Source: a virus (taxonomy: Duplodnaviria; Caudoviricetes). Taken from it: 55,522 nt of DNA. The position numbers were made by a program, and so were the translations under genes. Within the stretch, counting starts at the first letter, position 1, and each line of letters opens with the position of its first letter. Shown here one piece after another: positions 27,874 through 37,413 of the stretch. Location: positions 1-55,522 of the IMG/VR virus record IMGVR_UViG_3300029258_003280, one strand, 5' to 3'. Below the pieces are notes generated by a model. That model was not told where the DNA came from. It ran no database searches and saw only the letters and a list, made by a program, of their open reading frames with translations.

Positions 27874-28091
27874 AAGTTTTCTACATTGCCGTTGTTGTGC
27901 CAGTTGTTTCTCGATACCGGGCCCGGGGTCTCTTTATGTGTCTCTCCCCGGACGATGGCGGAGATGGTCGTGGTGCTAACGCCGAATTTTTCCGCAAGCT
28001 CTTTCATTTTGTATTTTTTCGTGGCATATAGCTGGCGAATCTCTATTACATCCCCGCGATAAAGCTTGTCTCTTATGCCGGTTTTGTTCAT
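27858..28091 (-). CDS. Small helix-turn-helix protein
   Basis: V.EIR.LY..MKELAEKFGVSTTTISAIVRG. Confidence 0.75.
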   Translation of the reverse strand: MNKTGIRDKLYRGDVIEIRQLYATKKYKMKELAEKFGVSTTTISAIVRGETHKETPGPVSRNNWHNNGNVENFWWNK

Positions 28092-28353
28092 GATTTACAC
28101 TCGCATCCCCGCCCGTCCTGTATATCTTCTTTCGCGTGTCATCGGCTAAGGTGTCCGGATGCCATCCGAGCTCGAAGTTTTTTCTGTACCGGGCGCTAAG
28201 GGCCTTCCACTTGAGATAGTCATTTTTCTTGTTGTACAAGCCCTCTTGCAATAGGGCATAGAAAACCCACCGCAGAGAGACCTTGTATGGCACTTCGTTG
28301 ACGAGCTCAAGGGCCCGGGCGAGTATTTGTCCTGTTTTTCTGTTAGGAGCCAT
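27976..28353 (-). pseudogene. N-terminal fragment resembling the winged-helix of Topo VI-A/Spo11-like phage proteins, catalytic part missing
   Basis: VSLRWVFYALL..G......Y......R....G.......D.TR pattern, then runs out of register into the next gene. Confidence 0.4.
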
Positions 28354-28594
28354 CGCGCTTCCTGTTGATATAATGGCCAACGCATAAACCCGTAAAAAAT
28401 GCAAACAGGTTATTAAGAGACGCCCATCCAAGTCCTGCTACGGCAGTGAAGATAAATGTCACCAGCATTATAGCGCCTAACAAGAATAGTCCCATTTCGC
28501 TTGAACTCCGGTTAGCCTCATCCTTGGCTGTGTAGCCCACAAGAAGACCTGCCAGATAAGCGGACACAAGATTAGCAACTACGATACCTGTCAT
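28343..28594 (-). CDS. Small membrane protein
   Basis: Three hydrophobic segments; AGGAG RBS. Confidence 0.55.
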   Translation of the reverse strand: MTGIVVANLVSAYLAGLLVGYTAKDEANRSSSEMGLFLLGAIMLVTFIFTAVAGLGWASLNNLFAFFTGLCVGHYINRKRDGS

Positions 28595-28649
28595 AATAAT
28601 CTCCTAAAGGGACGGGCCACTAACGGGTTCAGCGTGTAGTGGGTGGATA

Positions 28650-28961
28650 TCATGCCCGTCCCTTCTTCTTTATAACTACTTCGTAAAATTCCGTATTGAG
28701 TCTTATCCCCCGGCTCTGCTCTTTGTCCTTTATTATGTATTTCTTTTCGGCAAGCTGGTTGACGACTTGGGCGGCCCGGGTATGCTGCCACTTCATATGC
28801 GATGCTATCTCCCGGAGCGTAGGGGGCCTATGTATTTTGGCAATACACTTGACTATAATGTTGAACACATCGCGCTCGGTAGGCAATAGATTCGCGAGCT
28901 TGCGGCGCTGGGCCGCCTTGAGCTTCCTGATATGCTTTTTTATGCCTCTACTTTTTTTCAA
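28650..28961 (-). CDS. LexA-like DNA-binding (winged helix) protein without the peptidase domain
   Basis: PPTLREIA..MK.......V..L..K.YI.......RGIRL. Confidence 0.8.
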   Translation of the reverse strand: MKKSRGIKKHIRKLKAAQRRKLANLLPTERDVFNIIVKCIAKIHRPPTLREIASHMKWQHTRAAQVVNQLAEKKYIIKDKEQSRGIRLNTEFYEVVIKKKGRA

Positions 28962-29388
28962 ATTCTTCTCCTATAGGATACAGGTTGTTGAGTTGTTCGG
29001 CGAAGACATATTTCTTGCGGTTGTATGTTAAGTCCCATTTCCTGCCGTGGCTTGCCCACGTATCGGCGAGCTCTTCATCGGTGACCGCCCTCCAAACGCC
29101 GAGCTTGACTTCTATTGCAATGCAATTAATTCTTTCCAGTCCCCTGCCGTCTTCTTCAAACCATCTTGAGGTATCTACGAATGCATCCATGTAGTCATAG
29201 TCATCCCGCTCTATCGTATCGAGGCGATATTCAATCTCTCGCCTGACTTCCGGGATGACCATTTCCTTAATTACTTCTATCGCTTCCCGCCTTGTCATGT
29301 CTTTCCTTCGCAGTAAAGGGGATGGCTCTGGATAACGTGATACAGCCTGAATGTGGTTTTGGTGCGTACAGTTACCATCCCCTTCCAT
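28948..29388 (-). CDS. Hypothetical protein
   Basis: Likely start at the internal MTRREAIE after AAGGA. Confidence 0.55.
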   Translation of the reverse strand: MEGDGNCTHQNHIQAVSRYPEPSPLLRRKDMTRREAIEVIKEMVIPEVRREIEYRLDTIERDDYDYMDAFVDTSRWFEEDGRGLERINCIAIEVKLGVWRAVTDEELADTWASHGRKWDLTYNRKKYVFAEQLNNLYPIGEEFEKK

Positions 29389-29404
29389 ATTTTCAACGCT
29401 TATT

Positions 29405-29440
29405 AGGGGGAGCCGTTGTGTTCCCTTTCGGCTCCCCCAA
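29405..29440. terminator. GC-rich hairpin
   Basis: GGGGGAGCCG...CGGCTCCCCC inverted repeat in an intergenic gap. Confidence 0.45.
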
Positions 29441-29558
29441 GGAGCACGACGGTACTATTCCAGTTTAACTCCCCTCTATACACTTGTCCAGAACTTTTTT
29501 ACAAAAATGCGCCCATTTCTTTGCCGAAACACTATCAATGGCATCTCTGCCTGTTTTA

Positions 29559-30263
29559 TCAAACTATATCTCTTGCCTTAACTCCAATCATACTTACTCT
29601 AACAAAAACCCTGCCCAAGTCTTCTTTGTCGTATTGCGGAGAAACCTCCCATGATAATTTTGCCCTAACCGCTTGAGCCCAATGAATATGTAAGGGGGAA
29701 AGTTTACCCTTTATAAACACACACATACCATAAAAATAATCTCCGGGCTCGGGATTAAATATGGTCTTTTCGAGGACTTCCGGTTTTTCTATTTTTTCGG
29801 AAATGCTTAGCTGGGTGAAATCTTCCGAGCCCAGATTGGGTGTTGAAAATGTATATTTGTAAATCTTCGGCGCATCGGCCGGGATAAGGGCGTTTACCAC
29901 GGAGTTCACCGGCACTTCGAGATATATCTTGTCGCCTATAATAAATTGGAAAAATGCACCTTCGATAAGCTCCTTTGCCTGCAATCGAGTAAAAATGTTC
30001 CCGTCAAGTAAAAGCAGGTTAATCATTAGCCCTACCAGATAAAATGAATTAGGCTCTTCAATCCCGTTTGGCGGCCAGTTGGAATATAAACGGCCCTTGC
30101 CTTGTGGGATGAAAAGATTCATTTCTGACACTCCGGTCTCGGGCAGCTCGACCGTATCATAATATGTATATCTTACCAATTCCTGACACGTTATACCGAC
30201 CATGTGCGAGTGGGATGGTGCTTCTGGTAATTGGTCTTTTTTGTTATGTTTATCTTGGTGCAT
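29559..30263 (-). CDS. Divergent third paralog of the major capsid proteins
   Basis: Colinear motifs against capsid 2: YYDT/LYDT, FQFIIGDKIYL/LRLTIGSKDYL, GKLSPLHI/GKIKPIHI, VRVSMIGVKARDIV/FRVYLVGILWREVQ. Confidence 0.75.
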   Translation of the reverse strand: MHQDKHNKKDQLPEAPSHSHMVGITCQELVRYTYYDTVELPETGVSEMNLFIPQGKGRLYSNWPPNGIEEPNSFYLVGLMINLLLLDGNIFTRLQAKELIEGAFFQFIIGDKIYLEVPVNSVVNALIPADAPKIYKYTFSTPNLGSEDFTQLSISEKIEKPEVLEKTIFNPEPGDYFYGMCVFIKGKLSPLHIHWAQAVRAKLSWEVSPQYDKEDLGRVFVRVSMIGVKARDIV

Positions 30264-30276
30264 TATTTACCCTTTC

Positions 30277-30543
30277 CTACCAAATTCCAAGCATTATCAG
30301 GGTTAGTATTGCGAGAGCAACCCCGAAGAAATAATAGACGGTAAATTCTACCGCCTTGAGCTTTCTGGCCCGGGCCTTTTTCCGCTTAACTTTTTCCAAT
30401 GCCTCCTTCCAAAACGGTGTTATTTCATTATCCAATTTAAGTTTATCGATGTCTATCTCGCTCAAAACGTTAATAAAAAGATACTCGAAGAATGCCATAC
30501 CCAACTTACCCATAGCTTTTTGTTTCGGCGTCATTTGTGCCAT
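30277..30543 (-). CDS. Small membrane protein
   Basis: C-terminal TM segment. Confidence 0.55.
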   Translation of the reverse strand: MAQMTPKQKAMGKLGMAFFEYLFINVLSEIDIDKLKLDNEITPFWKEALEKVKRKKARARKLKAVEFTVYYFFGVALAILTLIMLGIW

Positions 30544-30836
30544 ATCCTGTTTTCCTCCATGATTTTATTTACCTTGCTTTCCAGCGCAAGCAGGCGCGTC
30601 TCTATGTTGGCTACCCGGGAAAGAAGGCTGTTAAAATTTTCCCTGAGCGTTTCGACCGTCGTAAAACTATGGATGGATTCGGGCACCATAAGATTTATTA
30701 CACTCTTACGGGTAACCTTAGATAGCTGCTCGCTGGCGGCCTCTGAGTCCTCGCGCTGGCGCTTTAATTTCTCGCTTTCGTTCATTTTCTTTCCCTCTTG
30801 AGCCTGTTGATAAAGCCGAGTACATCCTGCAAACAT
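30531..30836 (-). CDS. Coiled-coil hypothetical protein
   Basis: Likely start at the internal MNESEK. Confidence 0.5.
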   Translation of the reverse strand: MFAGCTRLYQQAQEGKKMNESEKLKRQREDSEAASEQLSKVTRKSVINLMVPESIHSFTTVETLRENFNSLLSRVANIETRLLALESKVNKIMEENRIWHK

Positions 30837-31021
30837 GAGTTATTCCAAACCGTATCGCTAAGAGGAAAAAAGCAATACTGCCTCCAGGGGGCGTACCATT
30901 TTATCTCGGCAAGCGGATAATCCCCCTTCTTGTTCATTACGACAAAGAGCGATGTCTTGCCGCTGCTCGATACGGCCGCTTCATCTATGTAGATGTGCTT
31001 GAATCTGGCTATGGTTTTCAT
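30782..31021 (-). CDS. Conserved-looking phage hypothetical protein
   Basis: L.EIKWY..WRQYCF.P...TVW...CL motif. Confidence 0.6.
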   Translation of the reverse strand: MKTIARFKHIYIDEAAVSSSGKTSLFVVMNKKGDYPLAEIKWYAPWRQYCFFPLSDTVWNNSCLQDVLGFINRLKRERK

Positions 31022-31188
31022 TTTCTTTCCCTTTCGACCTTATCCGGCCTTATATTCAGAAATATCATGACCGCTCGGATAAACCGTATCTGTTGCTCGG
31101 TGTCCATTGTTCGCAACACTTTTACTATAACGTTAAATAACCACAATTCCTTCTTTATTGTTTCGTCCGTAGTTTTCATAGTTTTCCC

Positions 31189-31512
31189 CTATTGGTAAGG
31201 TTCTTCCCTGTAAAACACGTAAACCATCAGGCCTATCACCAGCCCGGCCGCAAAGCCCACAAGGGAGCCCGTCCAACCGTCAATGATAAGGCCCATAAAC
31301 CATCCCGCTATCACGGCGGACAGTACATAAACCCAAGGCGGAGCATCATCGCTGCAATCTTCGAGAGGGCCGCCGCAATGAGGACATCTCAAGTCCCTGA
31401 TAGGTTCGCGGCTATATATCATGTTGCCCCTGCCACAATAGGCCTTGCATTCCCAATTCCAGCAATGATACTTGTGTTTCATTGCACCTCTCTCCATATC
31501 GCCGGGATGCAC
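31189..31512 (-). CDS. Zinc-ribbon membrane protein
   Basis: C....C and CPHCG followed by two TM segments. Confidence 0.55.
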   Translation of the reverse strand: MHPGDMERGAMKHKYHCWNWECKAYCGRGNMIYSREPIRDLRCPHCGGPLEDCSDDAPPWVYVLSAVIAGWFMGLIIDGWTGSLVGFAAGLVIGLMVYVFYREEPYQ

Positions 31513-31674
31513 CGGGCGCTCAGGATTTTTTTTCCGCCTTTTTCCTCGTAGAGCTTCGCTCGGCGGTTCATTTCGTCTTCCGCTTGCGCGGCCTTGCCGC
31601 TATAGGGCGGACAGTCGGCCTTGCGCTCTCCGGACTTGTCGATGGTAAAACTCACGGCATCCAAATCGACATAC

Positions 31675-32073
31675 CTAAACTTCCACTTCATCGTTGTCCT
31701 CCGTAAGGCCGAATATGTTCTCGGATGAAAACTTCGTCTTGAATTTCGCGAAGCGGGCAATCTTGGCGACCGCCTTCTGGTGGAGCTTTAACAGGGATTT
31801 TTTCTTGACGGGCCACTTGCCGTTGAAATGTTTTACCATCGCCCGGCTGTTAAGATGGAGCTCGACCGGCACATCGGCGAGGGCAAAATAGCTTAAAGCA
31901 TTTTCGAGCGCGTATATGACGGCGAGGTATTGAGCCTCCATTTTCGACCGGGCCGGTTCCACCCTTGCGCGGCCCGAGGACATTACTTTGCCATCGGCGT
32001 CATAAAAAACCGTTGCTATCAGGGCCTCTCCATTATCGACCTTGCCATCGCAGTATATCTTAATCGGTTCCAT
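31675..32073 (-). CDS. RNase H-like protein, possibly degenerate
   Basis: IYCDG, EAQY.AVI.ALE and NS..MV..FNG.W.VK...L motifs. Confidence 0.75.
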   Translation of the reverse strand: MEPIKIYCDGKVDNGEALIATVFYDADGKVMSSGRARVEPARSKMEAQYLAVIYALENALSYFALADVPVELHLNSRAMVKHFNGKWPVKKKSLLKLHQKAVAKIARFAKFKTKFSSENIFGLTEDNDEVEV

Positions 32074-32824
32074 CCTCTTCCTCCAAATCGCCGAAGACGG
32101 CTGGCATAAGAGTTATAAACTTGGCCATTATTGCTCTCATTATCTTGCGGATTTCCCATTGGGCCCTCTTGTTGAGCGCCCGGTGCTTGAAGACATGACG
32201 CCATTGCCGAAGATTGAATGTCGCGACCACTTCCGTCTTCGTGGCATTAGGGAGCATAAACCGGGCGTCTTCCGGGCTGTGTCCCTTCTGTAGCATGTGG
32301 AGATAGCTCTTGTAGGCATCGTTTATCCTGTCGAGCCACCATGAACTAACTCTCCACCCGTCTTGATAATACCAGTCATAAATTGCGATGTCTTTGTCTG
32401 GCTCAATCCTGTAGAGCTCGCTATTATCCGAGCGCTTGTATGTCCCGGAAGGAAGGTCATGGTTGTGTTTTCCCATTCGCGGCGGACAGATAACTTGCAG
32501 GCCCAACTTGCCGTAGTCGCAATATCGCTGGCTCTCCTGAGAATAGGCGGCGATGCGATGCCTTACAAGCTGGTGAGAGCATGCGCGGCTGCAATATATC
32601 TTGACGGTTATGACGCAATGTTCAATAACGCTTTCGTGGCCGCGCTTGATTATGCCCCTGACAAAATCCCGGGCGCTGCCATCGGTGATTTTGTTTTCGC
32701 TCTTGTAACATGTACGTCCCGCCTGCTCGATAACATCCAGCATACCGGGAAACCAATCGACCGGCGTAAGCAGCATATACCCCGGTTCCACGACCGTAAT
32801 CTTGTCCATACTATCTCCCTTCAA
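32060..32824 (-). CDS. thyX: FAD-dependent thymidylate synthase
   Basis: GHESVIEH, RACSHQLVRHR..YSQESQRY, PEDARFMLPNATKT and AQWEIR. Confidence 0.95.
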   Translation of the reverse strand: MKGDSMDKITVVEPGYMLLTPVDWFPGMLDVIEQAGRTCYKSENKITDGSARDFVRGIIKRGHESVIEHCVITVKIYCSRACSHQLVRHRIAAYSQESQRYCDYGKLGLQVICPPRMGKHNHDLPSGTYKRSDNSELYRIEPDKDIAIYDWYYQDGWRVSSWWLDRINDAYKSYLHMLQKGHSPEDARFMLPNATKTEVVATFNLRQWRHVFKHRALNKRAQWEIRKIMRAIMAKFITLMPAVFGDLEEEDGTD

Positions 32825-33200
32825 TTTTTTTAAGTAGCGCCAGTCTTGCCACTCGTATTCTTTTGAATTCTTCTATTCTGCCGTCATCGTGGAAAAGGAC
32901 TTCCGCAGTCCATATGTCTTCCAGAAGAGCCAGTCGGAGCTCCCCGGCGTCCTCGGCGCTTCTTCGTGCCTTTCTGAGCGCGGCGTTAATTCGGGCGGTT
33001 ACCATATCCCTGATGCCGTTGGCATCATGGGTGTTGAGAGTGAAGATATTAAAAAGCTTTGCCATCTCATTATTGTTAGAGTAGTTGGCCATGTTTTTCC
33101 TTTCTATTTCAAAGCTCATATAAAGCTTGTTATCTTTTATCTTATGCTTAATCCTGATAGTATCGCCCGGCAATATTTCCATAGGCTCGTTATTTTCCAT
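32811..33200 (-). CDS. Hypothetical protein
   Basis: Tiles the operon. Confidence 0.55.
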   Translation of the reverse strand: MENNEPMEILPGDTIRIKHKIKDNKLYMSFEIERKNMANYSNNNEMAKLFNIFTLNTHDANGIRDMVTARINAALRKARRSAEDAGELRLALLEDIWTAEVLFHDDGRIEEFKRIRVARLALLKKIEGR

Positions 33201-33350
33201 TCTTTTCCAACTCCATCTTTTTATTCCAATGTTTCATGGACTCTTCCAGAGTTTCTATCTTCTCGCCTCAGTTTACGCAAGCGCCGTGGCGGAGGCTTGC
33301 CAACATAAGCCGGGTTACAACCGATTTATCCCTTGTCTTCGGAGTATGTT

Positions 33351-34268
33351 TCATTGTTCTCCTAATATCGCATCGAGGCCGCTTTTGCCTGTTTTCGCGC
33401 AGTCATCTATCAGAGACCGCAACGCAAGCTTATGTTTACGCCTGTTTTTATCTATTGTGTTTTTTGGTTTACTTTTACGTACCGTTTCAATGGCTTCTTC
33501 GTCGAGACCTCCCCATGTGTTTACTATAAACTCCCCGGCTTCATCTCTTTCGAGTAATGAGAGCCTTGCGAGGATGGCGAATATCTCGAAAAGGTCATTT
33601 ATTTTATTTTGGAAGCGTGTCAAAAAGCTTAAAATCCTATCCCTTTCAATCTGGCTTTTTTTGTCGATAGTGGCTTTGTTAAGTTCATCTAATAACTTTT
33701 TCTCATTGTCGCCGTAAAAATAATGACCGCCTCTCTCATCTAAAAATTTATCTACTGCCGAGGCGGCGACAAGCGCGTGTTGATGTACTTTTGAGTTTTT
33801 AAGTACATTCTTTGCCGCTTCCGCGATGTAATTATCCTTGTCTTTTTGGAGGCTCCGGGCCAGAGAAGCCAATAAGGCATCATCAATAACGGGGTCTTCT
33901 TTTCTCTCGGCGGCCTTGACTATTCTGAGAGTTTTACCATGCGGCGTCATCCATCCGCAACCCTCGGGAACTTCGTCTATGGTTTTTATTATATTTTTAG
34001 GGGCAACATACCAAAATTCATGAAAGCATTCGCGAGCCCATGCATTTTTACTGGGGTTCTGAATTTCGCGAAGATAGTCATTACGGTCAACCTTAATCTC
34101 AAAGGCCCGGCGCACAAGCCCGTTCGAGGGCCAGAGGCTTATTACGACCGCATCAACCCACGACTGGTAGGCCGCGCCGGTGCAGTCGGCGACTTGTTCA
34201 AGCACTACATAAGCTTCGCCATACTTAAAGCGTAGTTTTTCAATTAAATCGCTCGCCTTATATTTCAT
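33351..34268 (-). CDS. MmcB-like PD-(D/E)XK nuclease-fold protein
   Basis: VDAV...W......AFEIKVDR.DY.RE...P.K......EFWYVAP. Confidence 0.7.
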   Translation of the reverse strand: MKYKASDLIEKLRFKYGEAYVVLEQVADCTGAAYQSWVDAVVISLWPSNGLVRRAFEIKVDRNDYLREIQNPSKNAWARECFHEFWYVAPKNIIKTIDEVPEGCGWMTPHGKTLRIVKAAERKEDPVIDDALLASLARSLQKDKDNYIAEAAKNVLKNSKVHQHALVAASAVDKFLDERGGHYFYGDNEKKLLDELNKATIDKKSQIERDRILSFLTRFQNKINDLFEIFAILARLSLLERDEAGEFIVNTWGGLDEEAIETVRKSKPKNTIDKNRRKHKLALRSLIDDCAKTGKSGLDAILGEQ

Positions 34269-34504
34269 TTTAATCCCGTAATTTCATAACCAGTAAAATA
34301 ACCTACCGTGATAAAAACAACGGCCATAAACCCCCAAAAGGTTAGCGGGACTGTCAACCCAACCGCTGTAAAAACTACAACCGAAAACAACATTATTTTT
34401 TCGTAGTCTTGGCCAGCCGAATATGCGGCGAAGCCCATAAGGTAGCCGCATACAAACTCCACCAACAGGGTGACTATGACCGCCATCATTAACCAGCTAA
34501 CCAT
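34265..34504 (-). CDS. Small membrane protein
   Basis: Predominantly hydrophobic. Confidence 0.55.
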   Translation of the reverse strand: MVSWLMMAVIVTLLVEFVCGYLMGFAAYSAGQDYEKIMLFSVVVFTAVGLTVPLTFWGFMAVVFITVGYFTGYEITGLK

Positions 34505-34587
34505 TCTCAGTTACCGCCTCATTAATGATTTTAATGGTGTAAAGCCAGACAATATACATCACGCCGAAAAAGATGTAGGCTATAAAC

Positions 34588-35232
34588 CTATCTATCGCTT
34601 CCTTCTCCATGAAGCTTCCCCTCCTTTTCTCTCTTCGCGAGCTTCTTGAGGTTTTCGGCCGCAATCTCATCGAGGTTAAGGCCGCAATCCGTGGCAACGG
34701 CGGCGAGTTCCCAGAGCACATCCCCGAGCTCCTTTGAAATCCGGGCCTTTCTTTCGGCATCAAGTTTCCCATCGCAGTCTCTTAATGCCTTCGCCAGCAA
34801 TCCAGAAACCTCCCCGGCCTCTTCGGCGAGGGCAAGCGCCGGATAGATTACAACATATCTCTCCGGGTAAACCGCAGTCTTATATGCCTCTTTCTGATAT
34901 TCCGATAACAACATATCTGACTCCTTAACCATATTAAGTTTGCCATTTAGAATTTTAATTACATGAGAAAGCCAGCCAAAACCGGGCGGCATATCGTTTG
35001 GCCCGTTATATATAATTTCAACCTTTCCCCGGCAGTTCATGCAGAATTTTTCGCTTTCAAGCTTTTCCTTTAAGGAAAGTTTTTTATGATTAGTAATCAA
35101 ACGCATATTATTACCATCAAAAGAAATCAGCGTGCAGTTGGTTTGCGGTATTCCATAATGAGTGGCATAGCAGGCACCGCATTTATAGCAATACATTACC
35201 TTACTTTCGCCTTTTGATGGGTCTATATACAT
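34588..35232 (-). CDS. MazG-like NTP pyrophosphatase with an N-terminal zinc-binding extension
   Basis: EYQ..A..TA.YP, LAEEAGEV, KELGDVLW and N..KL..R motifs. Confidence 0.85.
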   Translation of the reverse strand: MYIDPSKGESKVMYCYKCGACYATHYGIPQTNCTLISFDGNNMRLITNHKKLSLKEKLESEKFCMNCRGKVEIIYNGPNDMPPGFGWLSHVIKILNGKLNMVKESDMLLSEYQKEAYKTAVYPERYVVIYPALALAEEAGEVSGLLAKALRDCDGKLDAERKARISKELGDVLWELAAVATDCGLNLDEIAAENLKKLAKREKEGKLHGEGSDR

Positions 35233-35235
35233 ACT

Positions 35236-35766
35236 TTACCCCTTCAACATGTTAAGTTTACTGATGCTTGTTTCGCTCAATACGTGGACGCCATCCTCTT
35301 CGCTGCCATGTACCGTACCCGTAAGGAAGATGGCTAAACCTATCCTCCCCCATTTCTTTTCGGTATAACGTCTCTTCTTCTTCCAGATTATTTTCATGGT
35401 CGTCTTTTGAAAGCTCTTAATCTCCGGGAAAACTTGAGGCCCGGGCTGCTCGGGGACATCGCTCTTTTCTTCGGCTTCTTGTACGGTCACCTGTATCTTG
35501 TCGGTGGGAATCTCGACTACAGGGCCGCCGTTGGATTGGTAATGTATATGGCTCCCGGAAAGCAGGCGCCGCGCGTCTTTTTCGGTCAAGGGCCTGCCGC
35601 CGCGCATTTTCTCCTTGCGATAGTAGAGACGTATGGCTATCCCTCCCCAGAGGAAAGCGGGAAGGTCAACAGGGGCGGGTAAGAATGTCATGTTTTTGAC
35701 TCCATTCGGTGGTAAGGTCTTGATAACCCCTACAACCTGCCATGACTCCTTGAGTTTACGATTCAT
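35236..35766 (-). CDS. Hypothetical protein
   Basis: Tiles the operon. Confidence 0.5.
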   Translation of the reverse strand: MNRKLKESWQVVGVIKTLPPNGVKNMTFLPAPVDLPAFLWGGIAIRLYYRKEKMRGGRPLTEKDARRLLSGSHIHYQSNGGPVVEIPTDKIQVTVQEAEEKSDVPEQPGPQVFPEIKSFQKTTMKIIWKKKRRYTEKKWGRIGLAIFLTGTVHGSEEDGVHVLSETSISKLNMLKG

Positions 35767-36262
35767 ATATCACCGGTTCGGTCGTACTGCAAAGATACAG
35801 GGGATGGCGCGGATGGCCGTCCTTGTTGGTGCCGAGGCAATAAATTTTCTTGTTGTATTTGCGCAGCAGCTTCAACACCTTGGGGGCGCGTTCCTTGACC
35901 ATAATGTTGCTCCCCCATGCCACTATAACCATGTTGGCTTCTTTAGCGAGCCTGCCTATGTAGCGCCCATTCAGAGGGCCTACCGGGTCTTTGGCTTCCT
36001 TGAGGGCCTTCGGGTCTGTAGAAACGAGGGCGAAGAGATTAACGACATGGAATCCGCCGTAACCGAGGCCCCGGGCGAAACCGGAACACCTGTTGACAGT
36101 CCTGTCGAGCTCTTTTTCATCGGCGGTCGATGGATTAAGCATCACAAACAATAGCATGGGCTTATGTCTGTCCCATGTCCTGAACAGGTCGTATCTATAT
36201 GGGCCATCGAAGTCGGCACCGCCCTCGGTGAAGAGGTCTTGCTGTGCTCTCCTTTTATCCAT
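35756..36262 (-). CDS. DUF1643 family protein
   Basis: YRY.L.R.W, FVMLNPSTAD, NLFA..ST.P, AWG and G.PRHPLY. Confidence 0.9.
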   Translation of the reverse strand: MDKRRAQQDLFTEGGADFDGPYRYDLFRTWDRHKPMLLFVMLNPSTADEKELDRTVNRCSGFARGLGYGGFHVVNLFALVSTDPKALKEAKDPVGPLNGRYIGRLAKEANMVIVAWGSNIMVKERAPKVLKLLRKYNKKIYCLGTNKDGHPRHPLYLCSTTEPVIYES

Positions 36263-36372
36263 TTTTCTTCCCCTTAAGGAGGATATGCATTATATATGTA
36301 ATCCCAAAAAACCCGGATATCAGTATAGCCCAAGATGCCAAATCTGCCCCCCATTGCCACATAGACTCCCAA

Positions 36373-36672
36373 TTAAACATTTTCTCCTCCTACCAGTACC
36401 CCGTTTAGGAGCATAAACAACTCGCTGCGCCTCCTGTCATGGCTATGTGCAAGTTTTTGTATTTTTTCATACAGAGCCCTGTATTCCTCCATATTTTCTT
36501 TTATCTCCTGAATGCTTCCGCCTGACAAAAGTTTGGAGATTTTAGAGTGAAGCAACACGGAATTTCTAAGGCCTGCCAATATTTCCATGTATATTTTGGA
36601 CATTTCGAGCCTTGTTTCCTTAATACGGCGCTTTATCTGTTTGCGCTCTTTCAGTTTTTTTAAGATACCCAT
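36373..36672 (-). CDS. Hypothetical coiled-coil protein
   Basis: Tiles the operon. Confidence 0.5.
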   Translation of the reverse strand: MGILKKLKERKQIKRRIKETRLEMSKIYMEILAGLRNSVLLHSKISKLLSGGSIQEIKENMEEYRALYEKIQKLAHSHDRRRSELFMLLNGVLVGGENV

Positions 36673-37100
36673 TCCAGCCCCTCTATCTTGGCGGTCGTAA
36701 TACCGCGCAATGCTTTATATGATTCCGCCTTTTGCATCGTGACGGCAATGTCGCCATTAGCCAGAGCATTAATAAGCTCATCCGCCACCTCGATGATTAC
36801 TTTGTTGTTTCTGATTGTATTATTTAACATGAGAAGATTATGCTCCAACTGCTTAATCTTCGCCTTACGCTCGGCCTTGCTTCTTTTTTCGGGCTCTCTT
36901 TTGTCTTTTATGTTGGCCTTGAGGTCGGCCACTTGCTGTTTGAGAGCCTTGTTCTCGGCTTCCAGCTTGACGAGTCTTCTGCGCTTCTGGGCCTTCTCGA
37001 ACTTGCTCATTGTTTCCTCCTGTCTATCTTTGTACATATAACCTTTACCTTGTTGTATGGTTGCGCATATCTTACCTGAATGTAACCTTTGGCTATACAC
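36660..37100 (-). CDS. Coiled-coil hypothetical protein
   Basis: Likely start at the internal MSKFEK after GGAGG. Confidence 0.55.
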   Translation of the reverse strand: MYSQRLHSGKICATIQQGKGYMYKDRQEETMSKFEKAQKRRRLVKLEAENKALKQQVADLKANIKDKREPEKRSKAERKAKIKQLEHNLLMLNNTIRNNKVIIEVADELINALANGDIAVTMQKAESYKALRGITTAKIEGLEWVS

Positions 37101-37405
37101 CGGGGATTAACCCTGCCATTTTGGGAATGCTTACAGTTTTGGCAGTACCCCGGGGAGTCGAAATAACACAGGGCTACGCCCCCGGCGTTGGCATATCTTA
37201 ACCATGCAATAAGCCCTATTATAGAAAGAATGTTATACGCCGCGAAGAGGGCCGCCTGACTGTAGATGCCTATATTAAGGTCGATTATAATCCAGATGGT
37301 GTTGGCTGTAATCCACAAGGCGAAGCCGAGCCAATGTTTCTTGATTACAAACCAGTTGCCGGTGAGAGACAACCCCGCCGTAAACCAACCTATTATATCA
37401 AACAT
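37007..37405 (-). CDS. PnuC-like small membrane protein
   Basis: Three TM helices: W....LSL.G.W....K...GF.LW...N..W......G.YSQ..LF..Y...S..G...W. Confidence 0.65.
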   Translation of the reverse strand: MFDIIGWFTAGLSLTGNWFVIKKHWLGFALWITANTIWIIIDLNIGIYSQAALFAAYNILSIIGLIAWLRYANAGGVALCYFDSPGYCQNCKHSQNGRVNPRCIAKGYIQVRYAQPYNKVKVICTKIDRRKQ

Positions 37406-37413
37406 TATGTCTC

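Noticed and set aside
28650-28961. Full LexA/CI repressor implying an inducible prophage
   Set aside because: Only the DNA-binding domain is present; I found no autopeptidase domain, integrase or att site.
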